Origin: Chthoniobacterales bacterium
Lineage (GTDB): Bacteria; Verrucomicrobiota; Verrucomicrobiia; Chthoniobacterales; Chthoniobacteraceae
DNA length: 64,000 nt
Direction: 5' to 3'
Assembly: GCA_038207335.1 (NCBI GenBank)
Contig: JBBQZX010000007.1
Coordinates: 138,651 to 202,650 of the forward strand
Both the position numbers and the translations under genes were made by a program. The notes under the pieces were generated by a model. That model did no database searches. It was not told where the DNA came from and was given only the letters and a program-made list of their open reading frames with translations. Position 1 is the first letter of the stretch. Each line of letters opens with the position of its first letter. This document shows positions 9,601 through 18,837 of this stretch, piece after piece.

Positions 9601-10736
9601 CCGAGCTGATTTAGAAAACGAAACCGCGCCTCGCTAGCCAAAAGCGCCAACTCCGCGATGCGTTTTTCGCCTACGTCATGAAAGACGAGGATCACGCCGC
9701 GCACCTCGCCCTCGTCATCCAAAATCGGCGCTGCACTGTCCTCAATCGCCGTCTCGCGCCCGTCACGGTTCCGCAGCACCGTGTGATTTGCGAGTCCTAC
9801 GACAACTCGCTCCCGCAACACCCGTGTCACCGGATTTTCCGCAATCCCACCCGTTTGCTCATTGAAAATCTCAAACACCTCCGCCAGATCGCGCCCATGC
9901 GCCTCGGCGCTGGTCCAGCCCATGAGTTTCTCGGCCACCGGATTCAGAAACACCACCTCGCCCTTCGCATTTGTTGCCGCGACCGCGTCGCCGATCGAGC
10001 GCAATGTCACACGCAACTCCGCCTCGCGCCGCTCCGAGGCCGCGAGGCTCTCGGAGTAGGTGGCACTCAGGTCCCGCATCCGACGCCGCTGCCAGAGTAT
10101 GCCAAAAGGCATCGCCACAAGCCCCAATAGAGCGATGCCAGAAATCACCGTCACACGCAGCAGATGCGCGCGCTGCCTGCGCTCGATTCGCACCGAATAT
10201 TCATGCCTCAACAGCGCATCGAACCGCGCCCGCACCGCATCCATCAGCGCCTTCCCGCGGAGGTTCGTCTCCACGGACGCGGACTTATCCGGCGCGGACC
10301 GGCGCATGGCGACAGCCTCCTTGCCAAAGGCCAGCCACGCGGAAAGCTCTCGTTTCAAAGCCGCGCTGCTCGCGACCTGAGCAGGATTATCCGCGACGCG
10401 ATCTGCGAGGGTTTCCAAGCCACTCGCAAGCGGCTCGCGCGCCGCTTCAAATGGCTCCAGAAACCGTTCATCGCCGCTTATCTGAAATCCCCGCACGCCC
10501 ACCTCCATGTCCAACGCGAGCTTCTCGAGTTCGTGAACCTCGGTAATCACATCGCTCGAGTGGCTGGCCAATTCCGCAGAGCGGAATAGGTAAAGCGTCA
10601 GTCCCAGGAGGATCAGCGCCGGGATGCCAAAGATCAACGCAGTGGCGACCGTCCCGCGGCGCAGGAGCTGGCGGAAAACTGAGCGATCCGGCAGCGCCAC
10701 CGTCGGGCGGGCGGGAATGGCGAAAAGTTCGGGCAT
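6657..10736 (-). CDS. Membrane hybrid sensor kinase (CHASE3-PAS-GAF-GAF-PAS-PAS-HisKA-HATPase-REC)
   Basis: Two TM segments around DMEVGVRGF...FLEPF; PAS/GAF motifs; LSHELRTPL; NLLRNAVKFT; GMGLGL; ISDLGLPDG. Confidence 0.93.
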   Translation of the reverse strand: MPELFAIPARPTVALPDRSVFRQLLRRGTVATALIFGIPALILLGLTLYLFRSAELASHSSDVITEVHELEKLALDMEVGVRGFQISGDERFLEPFEAAREPLASGLETLADRVADNPAQVASSAALKRELSAWLAFGKEAVAMRRSAPDKSASVETNLRGKALMDAVRARFDALLRHEYSVRIERRQRAHLLRVTVISGIALLGLVAMPFGILWQRRRMRDLSATYSESLAASERREAELRVTLRSIGDAVAATNAKGEVVFLNPVAEKLMGWTSAEAHGRDLAEVFEIFNEQTGGIAENPVTRVLRERVVVGLANHTVLRNRDGRETAIEDSAAPILDDEGEVRGVILVFHDVGEKRIAELALLASEARFRFLNQLGEATRSLTEANAILEVIAELLGKHLNVSRCAYADVADDGEGFTIQHDYADGCASTVGRYHLDLFGTRAAADMRAGRTLVLRDVDVELKPGEGASTFSAIDIKAIVCCPLVKDGTLRAMMAVHQTRSRNWTANEVALVEEVAERCWAIIARARAEAEVQERARLSELRLQIAALLTKPDPVDAILKGVCEALVRHLDGAFARVWTLNAREQMLEMRASAGMYTHLNGPHGRVPVGEFKIGRIAQRRTAHLTNDVAHDPNIGDPEWAKREGMVAFAGYPLLVESRMLGVIALFARHPLSLTVLGDLEPIAGTIAQWLERRASEAALGASEVLKTAIINTSLDGFILMDHEGRIADWNSAAEEIFSAKKEDVLGKSLGEVVVPERLRERHAQGIARYVATREARILGQRYELPAIRGDGSEFPCELSINHIPGTEPPLFGGFVRDITERQRAAADLTASAARLRQLADAMPQIVWMASPNGDAEYFNRRWYEFTGRGEGESLDDAWIRVLHPDDAERSVERWYSSVRTGEDYEIRYRFRDQSDGSYRWFLGRGLPVRDESGAIIRWFGTCTDIEDFVHAEAAAKDSRDEAERARVVAESASKAKDDFLAALSHELRTPLTPVLMIAATLREDERLPADAREQLGMMERNIALEARLIDDLLDLTRIAKGKLDLRLQACDAHSLIGLAVEIVRDDAQGKGIELKREFTAERSGLMADPARFQQVIWNLLRNAVKFTPRGGEIAIRTTDALSADGSAALHIEVRDSGIGIAPEALNAIFLPFEQAGLVNDHRFGGMGLGLAIARAIVDLHGGTIAARSEGSGHGATFVVELPGAVAPPSGVTPATELSSQPQLPGAPRQARVQVAPLRLLLVEDHEPTLQVLSRLLVRAGHRVLTASTVGDALKVAAGAKFDAVISDLGLPDGTGTDLMRELHSRYGLRGIALSGYGMEEDLARSREAGFALHLVKPVDFHQLEYALRELATAGAS

Positions 10737-10938
10737 GGAATGAGCGGCGAATCGCGCTGGGCAGCTTTGTCAGTGCATCGGGGCGGCCCGGCGCGAAGCC
10801 GGGAAAAGTCGGTGACTCCCACTGAAAATCCAATCTAGATTATCAGGCACGCCGTTCATTTTTCCAAAATCGTGAACCACTTTACCCCCGGCTGTGTGCG
10901 GCTTGCTTTCCAAGCCGCATGCGGTCAGCCATTGGAAG

Positions 10939-13900
10939 ATGAAGGTCCTCACCGCAGCCGCCGCGATCCTCCTCGCGATCACATTCTCCACCCGCGCGGA
11001 GGAAGGTGCTCCCGTCCGAATCAATGCGCGGCTCATGCAAATGCCGAGCGTCTCAGCAACCCAAATTGCCTTCGTCTATGCCGGCGACATCTGGATCGCG
11101 CCGCGCGAAGGCGGCGCTGCCGTGCGTCTCAGTTCTCCACGAGGGCTCGAGACTTTTCCGCGTTTTTCACCCGATGGGTCACAGATTGCATTCAGCGGAA
11201 ATTACGAAGGGAACACCGACATCTATGTGATGCCCGTGAATGGCGGCGAGCCCCTCCGAGTTACCCACCACGGCTCGCCAGACCGCATGCTTGCTTGGTT
11301 CCCGGACGGTCGCTCCATTTTATACGCATCGGAAATGGCGAGCTTCACCTCGCGCGTTGGGCAGCTCTACCAAGTCCCCGCGACCGGTGGTTTGCCACAA
11401 AAGCTGCCCGTGCCGTACGGCGAATTCGGCGCGGTCTCGCCAGACGGGAAACTGCTCGCATACACCACGGTCTCCACCGATTTCGCGACATGGAAACGCT
11501 ACCGCGGCGGCATGACGCCGGATATCTGGCTCTTCAATCTCGCCAACGGCACCGCTGAAAACATCACGCACAGCGACTCGAACGATTCGCAACCGATGTG
11601 GCACGGCTCCACGCTCTACTTTCTCTCCGACCGCGATGAGAGCAGCCGCCAAAACATCTGGGCGTACGACATCGAGAAAAAGGAGACGCGGCAGGTCACC
11701 CACTTCACCGATTTCGACGTGCATTTTCCGAGCATCGGGCCGGACGCCATCGTTTTTGAGCACGGCGGCGGGCTGCAACTCCTCGACCTTGCCAGCGGGA
11801 AGGCGCATGGCGTCGATATCACCGTCGTAACCGACCGGGCCACGCTCCGTCCGCGGGTCGAAAATGTGGGCGGCCTCATCCACAACGGCACGATCTCGCC
11901 CACTGGAAAGCGCGCGCTTTTCGAGGCGCGCGGCGAGGTTTTCAGCGTCCCCGCGGAGCACGGCGTGGAACGAAATCTCACCGAGTCAAGCGGCTTCGCC
12001 GAGCGCTACCCCGCTTGGTCGCCGGATGGAAAATGGATCGCTTATTTCAGCGACCGCACCGGCGAATACGAGTTGACCATCCGGCCTGTTGACCTCACCG
12101 CTCCGCGCGCCGGCGACCCCGAGCAGACGCTCACGAAACTCGGCCCTGGCTGGCGCTACCAGCCCACCTGGTCGCCCGACAGCGGCAAGCTCGTCTTCAT
12201 CGACAGCGCGATGCAAATCCACCTCCACGACATCGCGAAAAAAACCACCGAGATCATCGACAAAGAGCTCTGGCTTTACCACGGCGAGCTCGAGCGATTC
12301 CACATCGCGTGGTCCGCCGACAGCCGCTGGATCACCTACGCCGGCGACATGGAGAATCGCCAGAGCGCGATCATTCTTTACGACACGCTCGAGAAAAAAA
12401 GGCACGTCGCCACCACTGGATTTTTTGACGACGATCTCCCTGTTTTCGACCCGGACGGGAAGTATCTTTTCTACCGCACGAAGCGCTGGTTCAACGCGAT
12501 CTACAGCGAGTTCGAGCCGACCTGGATCTACGCAAACGGACAGGCTCTCGTCGCCATCCCACTCCGCCGCGACATCCCATCCCCGCTCGCCCCGCGCGAC
12601 GACGAAGAGTCCAGCGCCAAACCCGCCGAGCCGAGGAAAGCCCCCGATAAAGACGAGCCGAAACCCGAAACCGGAGTGGATTTAGCTGTCCCGAAAATCG
12701 CCCAGACAAATCTCAAGGAAGGAGAGCCTGTCGAGCCGGGAAAGCCCGTCCCGCCTAAGCCTCCAGGCGAGGCACCGAAAAAGCCGGAGGACAAAAAGCC
12801 GAAGCCGGTGGTCATCGACTTCGACGATTTCGAGTCCCGCGCGGTCGTGCTGCCGCCCGGCGGCGGGCAGTTCCGAGACCTCGTCGCAATCCCCGGAAAG
12901 CTGCTTTTCACCCGCGCCCCGCGCGCCGGCTCCGACACGAAGACGCACCCGCTTTCCGCTTACGATCTCGCAAAGCGCGACGAGAAGCTGCTGCTCGACG
13001 ACGCCGATTCCATCGAGCTTTCCGCCGATGGGAAGAAGCTGCTCGTCTCGCGTCAAAAAGCGTGGGGTATCATCAATCCCTTCGTCACCGAGCCGCAGCG
13101 GATCGACAAGCCGCTCGCGACCGGCGGGCTCGAGGCCGTCATCGATCCGGCACAGGAATGGCGGCAGATTTTCAACGACGCGTGGCGCATCGAGCGCGAC
13201 TTTTTCTACGACCCAAACATGCACGGCGTGGACTGGTCCGCGATGCGCGAGCGATACGGCGCGCTCATCGGCGACGCCGTCACGCGCTGGGATGTGAACT
13301 ACATCCTCGGCGAGCTGCTCGGCGAAATGAACGTGTCGCACGCTTACCGCGCGGGCGGTGATCTCGAGGGCTCGGCAACGCGTTCGGTCGGTTACCTCGG
13401 GTGCGATTTTTCACTCGATCAGGGCGCGTATCGCATCGCAAAAATCCTGCAGGTCGCGCCGTGGGAATACACGATTCGCTCGCCGCTCAGCGACCCGGCT
13501 TTGAAAATCAAAGAGGGCGACTGGCTGCTCGCCGTAAATGGCCGCGCGATCGATACGAGCAAGGATCCGTGGGCCGCGTTTCAGGGCCTCGGCGACAAGC
13601 CGGTTTACATCACGGTGAACTCCAAACCTTCACTGGAAGGGGCTCGCGAGGTGCTCGTGCAAACCACTTCCAATGAAACGTGGCTGCGCCAATACGCATG
13701 GCGCGAGGCGAATCGCCGACGCGTCGAGCAGGCCAGCGGCGGGCGCATTGGCTACATTTACGTGCCGAATACAGCAGTGGACGGGCAGAACGAATTGTTC
13801 CGCCAATTTCGCGCGCAGTTCACGAAGCCCGGGCTCATCATCGACGAGCGCTGGAATTCCGGCGGTCAGATTCCCGACCGCTTCGTCGAGTTGCTCGGGC

Positions 13901-14349
13901 GAAAAGCGACGGTCTTTTGGGGCGTGCGCGACGGGCACGATTGGCAGACGCCGCAGATCGCGCACAACGGCCCAAAAGCCATCCTCGCAAACGGCTGGAG
14001 CGGCTCCGGCGGCGACTGCTTCGCGTGGCTTTTCAAAAACAGCGGGCTCGGCCCGTTCATCGGCCAGCGCACATGGGGCGGGCTCATCGGCATGACCGGC
14101 GCGCCGCAGTTCGTCGATGGCGGTCACGTCACCGTACCGACCTTCAGCATCTACGACCCGACCGGCAATTGGATCATCGAAGGGCACGGCGTTGACCCGG
14201 ACATCCCCGTCGTCGATGACCCCGCGCAGCTTGCAAAAGGCATCGACCCGCAACTCGAGCGCGCCATCCAGGAAGTCGTAAAGCAACTCGACGCGCACCC
14301 GCCCGTTTCGCCAAAACGCCCCGGATACCCCAACCGCTCAGGGCACTGA
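10939..14349 (+). CDS. Tricorn protease homolog (peptidase S41, beta-propellers plus PDZ), secreted
   Basis: Signal peptide; repeated SPDG/WSPD propeller motifs; WKRYRGG; IDERWNSGG; SGSGGD serine motif; GQRTWGG; IEGHGVDPDI. Confidence 0.95.
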   Translation: MKVLTAAAAILLAITFSTRAEEGAPVRINARLMQMPSVSATQIAFVYAGDIWIAPREGGAAVRLSSPRGLETFPRFSPDGSQIAFSGNYEGNTDIYVMPVNGGEPLRVTHHGSPDRMLAWFPDGRSILYASEMASFTSRVGQLYQVPATGGLPQKLPVPYGEFGAVSPDGKLLAYTTVSTDFATWKRYRGGMTPDIWLFNLANGTAENITHSDSNDSQPMWHGSTLYFLSDRDESSRQNIWAYDIEKKETRQVTHFTDFDVHFPSIGPDAIVFEHGGGLQLLDLASGKAHGVDITVVTDRATLRPRVENVGGLIHNGTISPTGKRALFEARGEVFSVPAEHGVERNLTESSGFAERYPAWSPDGKWIAYFSDRTGEYELTIRPVDLTAPRAGDPEQTLTKLGPGWRYQPTWSPDSGKLVFIDSAMQIHLHDIAKKTTEIIDKELWLYHGELERFHIAWSADSRWITYAGDMENRQSAIILYDTLEKKRHVATTGFFDDDLPVFDPDGKYLFYRTKRWFNAIYSEFEPTWIYANGQALVAIPLRRDIPSPLAPRDDEESSAKPAEPRKAPDKDEPKPETGVDLAVPKIAQTNLKEGEPVEPGKPVPPKPPGEAPKKPEDKKPKPVVIDFDDFESRAVVLPPGGGQFRDLVAIPGKLLFTRAPRAGSDTKTHPLSAYDLAKRDEKLLLDDADSIELSADGKKLLVSRQKAWGIINPFVTEPQRIDKPLATGGLEAVIDPAQEWRQIFNDAWRIERDFFYDPNMHGVDWSAMRERYGALIGDAVTRWDVNYILGELLGEMNVSHAYRAGGDLEGSATRSVGYLGCDFSLDQGAYRIAKILQVAPWEYTIRSPLSDPALKIKEGDWLLAVNGRAIDTSKDPWAAFQGLGDKPVYITVNSKPSLEGAREVLVQTTSNETWLRQYAWREANRRRVEQASGGRIGYIYVPNTAVDGQNELFRQFRAQFTKPGLIIDERWNSGGQIPDRFVELLGRKATVFWGVRDGHDWQTPQIAHNGPKAILANGWSGSGGDCFAWLFKNSGLGPFIGQRTWGGLIGMTGAPQFVDGGHVTVPTFSIYDPTGNWIIEGHGVDPDIPVVDDPAQLAKGIDPQLERAIQEVVKQLDAHPPVSPKRPGYPNRSGH

Positions 14350-14387
14350 GACGGAGTCGTCGATCTCGTAGCGGGCTGTCAGGGAAA

Positions 14388-15686
14388 TCAGATCGGCTCG
14401 ATCGTCATCGCGCCGGTAGTGATGGTCCACGCGTCGGCAGCGGACATGCGCTTCAACTCGTGTCCCGCGCCCCAGGAATCGGAAAACAGAATCTCCTGTG
14501 TCTTCGTGTTGTAGCCGATGATGAGCCGCATATGCCCGCCGCCGCTCTGCGGCACACCGGGCTCAGGGCTGAGTCCGAGTTGCACGCACCATAGCACCGG
14601 AATGCCGACGTCGATGTGCGACTGCACTTCGCGCTGGAATCGCGCGAGGTCGGACTTGTTCTTCGTCTTCGCGTCCTTCAGCACGTCGTATTTCATCGCG
14701 GCAAAAATCGTGCCGACATTCAACATGTGCCCCTGGTCGGGAATCTCGCTCTCGTGCGCGCGCTTCGCTGCGCGGTTGTAGTCCTTCATCAGGTCGGTGA
14801 TGGCCTTCACGTCCTGCTCTTCGACTGCGCGCACGCGCACCCGGAGTCGAGAGCCGAGCTTCTTGAGCGAGCTCATCATCGCGCCCACGCTTGTGCCTCC
14901 TGCGGCGTCGGAATTCGCGATTTGCGCGAGTTCGTTTTCATCGACCGCGTTGCCGTAGTAGCGCATCACGCGCTCCGTCGAGGCGACCACGCAATAGCCC
15001 TTTTGCCCCTGGTCCACCATCGGCACGTCGCCGAGCCAGACATCGCCCGAAGCCGCGTCGCGCTTCACATGCATCGCCCCCGTGAACTTCGCCCGCGCCG
15101 TATTCGACGCGCTCTCGAGCAGGCTCGTCTTGCGCTCTGGCGGTGAGATTTCCAGTCGTACAAATTCCGCGCGAAAGTCGATGCCGCGCGTCTTTACCTC
15201 TTTCGTCGCGCTGTATTCCAGCAGGTATCGCGACTTCGCGGTCTGCCACTCGCGCCCGTCCGCGCGCACAGCGCTCGTCGCATCTTTTCCGCGCTCGGAA
15301 AATTTCGCTCCCGTGGCTTTCGAGATCGCCTCGGACGATTTCGCGATGAGGGCTTCGTACGCGTCTTTCGTCAGCGTGCCTGCATCGCCGCGCGCGTAGA
15401 AAGTGGCGGTGATTTCTTTCAACGCATCCCCCTCGAAACGCGCGACGACTTCATAAACCGGCAGGTCAAAAAGCGTCATCCCCTGGTTCGCCGCGCGCGC
15501 GGAATCCTTCGTGCTCGAGGTCCACCGAAACGGCAGCGATTTCGTCGCCGCCTGAAATTCATCCTGCTTCAGCGACCACAGTTTGTCCGTGGAAAGCAGA
15601 GGGACAAAACTTTGAGCGAATGCGCCGCTCACCGTGGAAAAAATGGCGGCGACTGCGAGCGTGAAACGAAGCGGGGAGATGGACAT
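14388..15686 (-). CDS. Secreted C39-like papain-fold cysteine peptidase
   Basis: Signal peptide MSISPLRF...AFAQ; VPMVDQGQKGYC, GGHMRLIIGY, FSDSWG (Cys-His-Asp). Confidence 0.8.
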   Translation of the reverse strand: MSISPLRFTLAVAAIFSTVSGAFAQSFVPLLSTDKLWSLKQDEFQAATKSLPFRWTSSTKDSARAANQGMTLFDLPVYEVVARFEGDALKEITATFYARGDAGTLTKDAYEALIAKSSEAISKATGAKFSERGKDATSAVRADGREWQTAKSRYLLEYSATKEVKTRGIDFRAEFVRLEISPPERKTSLLESASNTARAKFTGAMHVKRDAASGDVWLGDVPMVDQGQKGYCVVASTERVMRYYGNAVDENELAQIANSDAAGGTSVGAMMSSLKKLGSRLRVRVRAVEEQDVKAITDLMKDYNRAAKRAHESEIPDQGHMLNVGTIFAAMKYDVLKDAKTKNKSDLARFQREVQSHIDVGIPVLWCVQLGLSPEPGVPQSGGGHMRLIIGYNTKTQEILFSDSWGAGHELKRMSAADAWTITTGAMTIEPI

Positions 15687-15759
15687 GGCGCGGTGGGAAA
15701 CTGGCGCAGCATTCCACGAAACGCGCCCGCCAGCAATCGCGCGCGATTTTCCAAACGCG

Positions 15760-16842
15760 CTACGGGACGCGCGGCTGCTGTTGCGTGAGGCAGTGGAATG
15801 CGCCGAGGCCCCAGATGAGTTCGCGGCAGTCGATCGGGACGACTTTGCGCGTGGGGAAGGCTTTTTGCAGGACGGCGAGGGCCCAGCGGTCGTGCGTGTC
15901 GGCGAATGTCGGGAGCAGCACGACTTTGTTCGCGATGTAGAAATTCGCGTAGCTCGCGGGGAGGCGCTGGCCGTCGCGCACCATCTTCGCGGGCATCGGG
16001 AGCGTGAGGACTTCGAGTGGCGTGCCGTCCTCGGCGTCCATCGCGCGGAGCAGCTCTGCGTTCTCGTGGAGCGGCTCGAAGTTCGCGCAATTCGTATCCT
16101 CCTCCATCGCGGTGACCACCGTCGCCGGGCCGACGAAACGCGTGAGGTCATCGACATGACCGTCGGTGTCGTCGCCCTCGATCCCGTCGCCGAGCCAGAG
16201 GATGTTTTTCACTCCGAGAAAATCGCGGAGTCGCTGCTCAATGTCGGCCTGCTTGAGATCGGGGTTGCGATTGGGATTGAGCAGGCACGAGCGGGTCGTG
16301 AGCAAAGTGCCGGTGCCATTCACATCAATCGCGCCCCCTTCGAGCACCATGTGCGGAGAGAACACAGGCACGCCCAATTGCTCGCCGACGAGCGCCGGAA
16401 CAACGTCGTCGTCATCGAACGGTGGATACTTCCAACCCCAAGCGTTGTAGTCCCAATCAACGATCGCGAGCGATGGCTCTTCTTTTCTCGTGAGGAACAT
16501 CGGGCCGTGATCGCGGCACCACGGCTCGTTTGTCGCGATGTGGAAAAAGGTGACGTGGCTGGTTTTGTGGTGCCCGCGCGCGAGGATTTTGCGCACGTCA
16601 GCTTCGTGCTCAGCGTCGCAGACGTTGATATTCACGCGCTCCGAATCGCCGAGCACGTGGACCATTTTTGCGAGCGTCGGCATCACTTTGTCATAGCTGC
16701 CGGGGAAGCTGATGCCGTCGCGGCGCGGCCACGAGAGCCAAGTCGCGGAGTGCGGCTCCCACTCCGCAGGCATGCGGTATCCGAGCGACGCGGGCGTCGA
16801 GGCGGGTGCGGGTTCAGGAATCGTCGGCGCGGGTTCTTGCAT
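15760..16842 (-). CDS. aguA: Agmatine deiminase
   Basis: YRMPAEWEPH, WCRDHGP, LEGGAIDVNG, DTDGHVD, ASYANF, GAFHCLTQQQP. Confidence 0.95.
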   Translation of the reverse strand: MQEPAPTIPEPAPASTPASLGYRMPAEWEPHSATWLSWPRRDGISFPGSYDKVMPTLAKMVHVLGDSERVNINVCDAEHEADVRKILARGHHKTSHVTFFHIATNEPWCRDHGPMFLTRKEEPSLAIVDWDYNAWGWKYPPFDDDDVVPALVGEQLGVPVFSPHMVLEGGAIDVNGTGTLLTTRSCLLNPNRNPDLKQADIEQRLRDFLGVKNILWLGDGIEGDDTDGHVDDLTRFVGPATVVTAMEEDTNCANFEPLHENAELLRAMDAEDGTPLEVLTLPMPAKMVRDGQRLPASYANFYIANKVVLLPTFADTHDRWALAVLQKAFPTRKVVPIDCRELIWGLGAFHCLTQQQPRVP

Positions 16843-16844
16843 GC

Positions 16845-17735
16845 TCAGTCGATGAATCGTCTCTCGATGCCGTCGTAAGCGTCAATGCGCCGGTCCCGGA
16901 AGAACGGCCAATGCGTGCGCTGCTGGTCCAGTGCGGCGAGATCGACCTCGACGATGAGCGTCTCATCCTCGCTGGCGGAGGCTTTGGCCATGATCTGCCC
17001 GGATGGATCGACGACGAAACTCTGCCCCCAAAACTCGATGCCCGGGCCACCATCGGGCGCTTCATGTCCGACTCTGTTTGGCACTGCGACAAAACAGCCA
17101 TTCGCGATGGCGTGGCTCCGCTGGATCGTCTCCCACGAAGAGTGCTGGCGCACGCCATACTCCGCCTTTTCGCCCGGATGCCAGCCGATGGCGGTCGGGT
17201 AAAATAGAATCTGCGCGCCTCGCAGTGCGGTGAGCCGTGCGGCTTCGGGATACCACTGATCCCAGCAAACGCAGACACCGATTTTGCCGTGCTTCGTGTC
17301 CCACGCGCGGAAGCCCAGGTCGCCGGGCGTGAAGTAGAATTTCTCGTAAAATGCCGGGTCGTCCGGGATGTGCATTTTGCGATATTTGCCGAGATAAGCA
17401 CCGTCGGCGTCGATGATCGCAGCGGTGTTATGATAGATGCCAGCGCTGCGTTTTTCGAAAAGCGAGGCGACGATGACGACGCCGCGTTCGCGCGCAACTT
17501 TTCCGAGCGCGTCGGTGCTTGGGCCGGGGATCGCCTCGGCGAGGTCGAAGTACTTGTGGTCCTCGATCTGGCAGAAGTACTGCGAGGTAAAAAGCTCCTG
17601 GAGGCAGACGATCTGCGCGCCGCGATCGGCGGCGGCGTTCACTCGGTCGATGGCGTGCGCGAGATTCGCCGCGGGGTCGGCGGAGCAGCGCATCTGGATG
17701 AGGCCGAGGATGACTTTGCGGGATGCGGAAGGCAT
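16845..17735 (-). CDS. aguB: N-carbamoylputrescine amidase (carbon-nitrogen hydrolase)
   Basis: LQELF, YRKMHIPDDP, YEKFYF, VCWDQWYPE, YPTAIGW; 2 nt from aguA. Confidence 0.93.
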   Translation of the reverse strand: MPSASRKVILGLIQMRCSADPAANLAHAIDRVNAAADRGAQIVCLQELFTSQYFCQIEDHKYFDLAEAIPGPSTDALGKVARERGVVIVASLFEKRSAGIYHNTAAIIDADGAYLGKYRKMHIPDDPAFYEKFYFTPGDLGFRAWDTKHGKIGVCVCWDQWYPEAARLTALRGAQILFYPTAIGWHPGEKAEYGVRQHSSWETIQRSHAIANGCFVAVPNRVGHEAPDGGPGIEFWGQSFVVDPSGQIMAKASASEDETLIVEVDLAALDQQRTHWPFFRDRRIDAYDGIERRFID

Positions 17736-17769
17736 GTGGGATAAGGTGATCTTTTAGCGGAAACGCGAG

Positions 17770-17884
17770 GTGCCTGCGACGCTGAACATCGAACATCGAA
17801 CGCAGCGCCTGCGTCACGCGCCGTAGCGCGTGCCAAACTCCAAACTTCGATTTTCGACGCGATGCTCAGCTGGCCGCAGGCGCC
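17770..17884. repeat. Long imperfect intergenic hairpin with GAACATC heptamers
   Basis: GCTGAACATCG (17781-17791) pairs with CGATGCTCAGC (17860-17870); outer CCTGCG/CGCAGG; tandem GAACATC GAACATC GAACGCA. Confidence 0.55.
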
Positions 17885-17921
17885 CGCTCGGACTCGCGGG
17901 ACGTGTGAAAACCCGACGCGA

Positions 17922-18515
17922 TTACTTCGCCGGCTCGGCCTTCACAGAATCCGCCGGCACGATCCGAATGCTCTCGATCGTCACCTTTTCATTCGGCCGA
18001 TCATTCTCTCCAGTCGGCGTCGTCGCGATTTTCTCGAGGACATCGTCGCCTTTGAGCAGCTTGCCGAATGCGGTGTATTTGTGGTCGAGGAAAGTCGGGG
18101 CGCCGTGGCAGATGAAGAATTGCGAGCCGGCTGAATTTGGATCGCCACCGCGCGCCATCGAGAGCACGCCGCGGGTATGCGACTTGTCGCTGAATTCCGC
18201 GTCGATCTTGTACCCGGGATCTCCAGTGCCCCAGCGCGCCATCTTCGAGTCGTCCTTCGTCAGTGGGTCGCCGCCCTGGATCATGAAGCCTTTGATGACG
18301 CGGTGAAACGCGGTGCCATCGTAAAATTTCTCATTCGCGAGCTTCTTGAAGTTGACCACGGTTTTCGGCGCCACATCGGACCAGAATTCGGCGACCATCT
18401 CGCCCATTGAGGTCTTGATGACAGCGACTTCTTTCGCATCTTCGGCGCGTGAGACGGGGGCGAGCACGAGACCGAGCGCGCCGGTGAGCAGCAGGGAGAA
18501 AATCAGCTTTTTCAT
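17922..18515 (-). CDS. Cyclophilin-type peptidyl-prolyl isomerase, secreted
   Basis: Signal MKKLIFSLLL...SRA; FYDGTAFHRVIKGFMIQGGD; LSMAR; SAGSQFFI. Confidence 0.95.
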   Translation of the reverse strand: MKKLIFSLLLTGALGLVLAPVSRAEDAKEVAVIKTSMGEMVAEFWSDVAPKTVVNFKKLANEKFYDGTAFHRVIKGFMIQGGDPLTKDDSKMARWGTGDPGYKIDAEFSDKSHTRGVLSMARGGDPNSAGSQFFICHGAPTFLDHKYTAFGKLLKGDDVLEKIATTPTGENDRPNEKVTIESIRIVPADSVKAEPAK

Positions 18516-18642
18516 AGAACCGCAGAGATGCCACGCCCTCGCCGGAGTGTCACGCGGAGAAAATGCGTCTGGATGCCGGAAGACAAGCGAGCACGGCAAT
18601 CGCGCTTGCCATCGACGCGCCGCAGCGCGATGGCTTTTCCCC

Positions 18643-18837
18643 ATGAGCCACCTGCATCCGGCGCAACGCGAGAGCCTCCGCGCGATGACTCCGGCGCGCC
18701 GGCTCGAACTCGGGATGCAGATGATCGCTTCGGCGCGCGCGCTGCAGGCGGCGGCGATTCGCGCGCAACATTCCGACTGGACGCCGGAGCAAGTCTCCGC
18801 CGAGGTGCGCCGCCGCTGGCTGTATGCCCGATCTTAG
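18643..18837 (+). CDS. Small putative antitoxin (Rv0078B/MenA1-like, 64 aa)
   Basis: LRAMTPARRLELGMQM...IRAQHSDWTPEQV pattern; overlaps the downstream nucleotidyltransferase by 14 nt. Confidence 0.75.
   Translation: MSHLHPAQRESLRAMTPARRLELGMQMIASARALQAAAIRAQHSDWTPEQVSAEVRRRWLYARS

Noticed and set aside
15687..16157. Apparent long N-terminal extensions or fusions in ORFs 14388..16157, 20138..21676, 28249..29499, 28983..31157, 35246..36712, 38919..40322, 62049..63044
   Set aside because: The extensions overlap real neighbouring genes and are low quality; better internal starts exist.
15634..16878. Long antisense ORFs (also 6945..8573, 59170..60618, 61653..62909, 49568..50746, 53210..54472)
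   Set aside because: They shadow well-supported genes on the other strand in GC-rich DNA and have no motifs.
17736..17921. Guanidine riboswitch before aguB-aguA
   Set aside because: Only one hairpin with a TACG loop; no twin ACGR hairpins or ykkC-type 3' motif seen.
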